Positions 62,291-64,000 of a stretch of DNA of 64,000 nucleotides are shown here, piece by piece; position 1 is the stretch's first letter, and the number at the start of each line of letters is the position of its first letter. Below the pieces are notes generated by a model. That model saw only the letters and a list, made by a program, of their open reading frames with translations. It made no database searches and was not told the DNA's origin. The stretch lies in NCBI RefSeq assembly GCF_009914755.1, contig NC_060939.1. One strand, written 5' to 3'. Made by a program: the position numbers and the translations under genes. Source of the DNA: the human T2T-CHM13v2.0 reference genome, Homo sapiens.

Positions 62291-62739
62291 GTAGGCAACT
62301 TTAAACTTGACTATTGTTTCTGCTTCAAACTGTCAGTAGACCATAATGAATTGATTTTTATAAAACTTCAAACACCCTATGAGCCAAATAATATTTAAAT
62401 TCAGTGTTTACATTTAATAAATTAAAAAGTTGTTAACCTAATTGACTTGTTTATCTTAATAGGCTAGATCATCTGTGTTATAAGTGATGGACCTTATCCT
62501 CACACTTGGACTACATCAGCCTTAAAGGGTTCATTCATAAATTTAGGGGCAATGTTATGCTTAAGAATCCTCAGAAAAACCTCCAGTGCAGAATCTTGTG
62601 TAATATTTTTAGGCCGTTAACATATGTGGGACCCTCCACTATCACATTTACATTCATGATAGCTCTCCCCACTCAGTTACCCATTTGTGCAGATAATCCT
62701 AGTGTTCCTTGTCATATCTCTTTTGTTTCTTGACCTCAG

Positions 62740-64000
62740 TTGTAGTAGACATTTGTGGAAACTCAGACTTATTTCTTGTTAAGAGCACATTACCCATTAC
62801 TTCAAGTTATATGCCCTGCTTCTTTCCACTTTCTGCTCTTGGGCCTTCTGACACCAAGTGAACCTGATGTGCCTTCACGCAAATATAGCACGGAAGTATG
62901 AAGTTAATAAGATTGGGGTGAAATTTTGACCAATTAGAGACAGGAGTCAGTGGATCAATATTCTAGTCCCCAGTAGTCAAACTGTATTGGGATTTATCCT
63001 CTATCAATCTCAGAAGATTCTGATCAAGTAAGACACCTCACTGGCCAGATTGATCTTTTTAAAAACGTATTCTTACACTGGCTTTTTCTCATCACTTTCT
63101 TTCTCCTTTCACAATTATATTTGGCATCAATTCTCAAAATACTTGTATTCAAAAACGTCTCTTTCTAGACCTTTGGGGTTACTCATATTAGATCAATTTA
63201 TACAGAAGTGTTATTAGAAAGCAGAAACACAGAAATGAGTACAGATATTAGATCATTTGATGATAAGAGAGTAAAAGAAGCCCCAATTGATGAGAGTAAT
63301 AATAATTCTTCTAACAGCATTCCAATACTTAGAGTTGACCTTTGGGTGGATTATGATGATATATAGATAGAAGAGGAAGTGACAGCAAACCTATTACTTG
63401 AATGGCAGAGAGGCAGTAATAATAAGGATTGTGAAGTTTGCTGTTTTTTGTAACCTACTTAGACATGATCACTAAAAATAAGAAAAACAGACTATTATCA
63501 GCCAGCTTTGAACACAAGGTGTGTTGAGCCTTATTTCCTCATCTGCTCCTGCAACAAAATGGCCATGTGCCAAAAGAAGGCCATGTTCCAAAAGCAGGTT
63601 CATGATTCACTAGTAATAATTTTGGAGCTGCAAAGGAGACTGAATATACAACAGATATCAGTTATTCTAGGATGTTTAGTTATTGGATAATTTAACAATG
63701 ATTTTTTGAAACAAAAAATGTTACCATATTCCACTGTTGTAAGAGGAGGCTTGTACATGTTATTTGATTGAGTCTTGATCCAAGTCCAAATTGCAGTAGA
63801 CCTATATTTTGGTTATTTTCCCCTAATATTTACATATTACAGGAATGGTTGTATTTAGCCTTGACAGAATCTACACATTGGTTTGTTGACCTGGGGGTAA
63901 AGGCTGTGATAGTAGGAAGGATCTAGAGGCCTAATTTATTTTATGAAGTTAGTGATGTCCTCATATTAAAGTGAGTTAAGAACAATTTAAAGTGAGATCA
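62740..64000 (+). mobile_element. LTR16-like LTR (~62740-63190) followed by ERVL internal-like sequence
   Basis: tgtagtagaca start, ttttgaccaat..gagacaggag, LTR-like end, then a decayed gag-leader-like region. Confidence 0.5.

Overview
Human-type (primate) genomic DNA, AT-rich and mostly made of interspersed repeats (L1 of several ages, Alu, ERV1/ERVL/MaLR LTRs, Tigger/MER44). I find no intact protein-coding gene; the supplied ORFs are L1/Alu fragments, microsatellite artefacts or chance ORFs. The main hidden structure is in the apparently unique DNA between the repeats. It holds at least six heavily decayed copies of one intronless gene unit with shared flanks, four on + (~3.2 kb, ~21.7 kb, ~24 kb, ~28.4/33.7 kb) and two on - (~39.3/53.5 kb, ~58.1-59.8 kb). 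The best-preserved copy (59764->58118) reads through once an LTR12 is excised. Its conceptual protein matches human EZHIP/CXorf67 (PRC2 inhibitor, H3K27M mimic) in five collinear motifs, including a degenerate WHAVRMRASS motif. That comparison uses my recollection of the EZHIP sequence and by-eye alignments, so it needs confirming by search. Other notable events are an L1 3' transduction, an L1-retrocopied HERV-H (LTR7) transcript end, a micro-inversion bounded by 11-bp inverted repeats, and twin-primed L1s. Repeat subfamily names are recalled from consensus sequences, and most boundaries are approximate.
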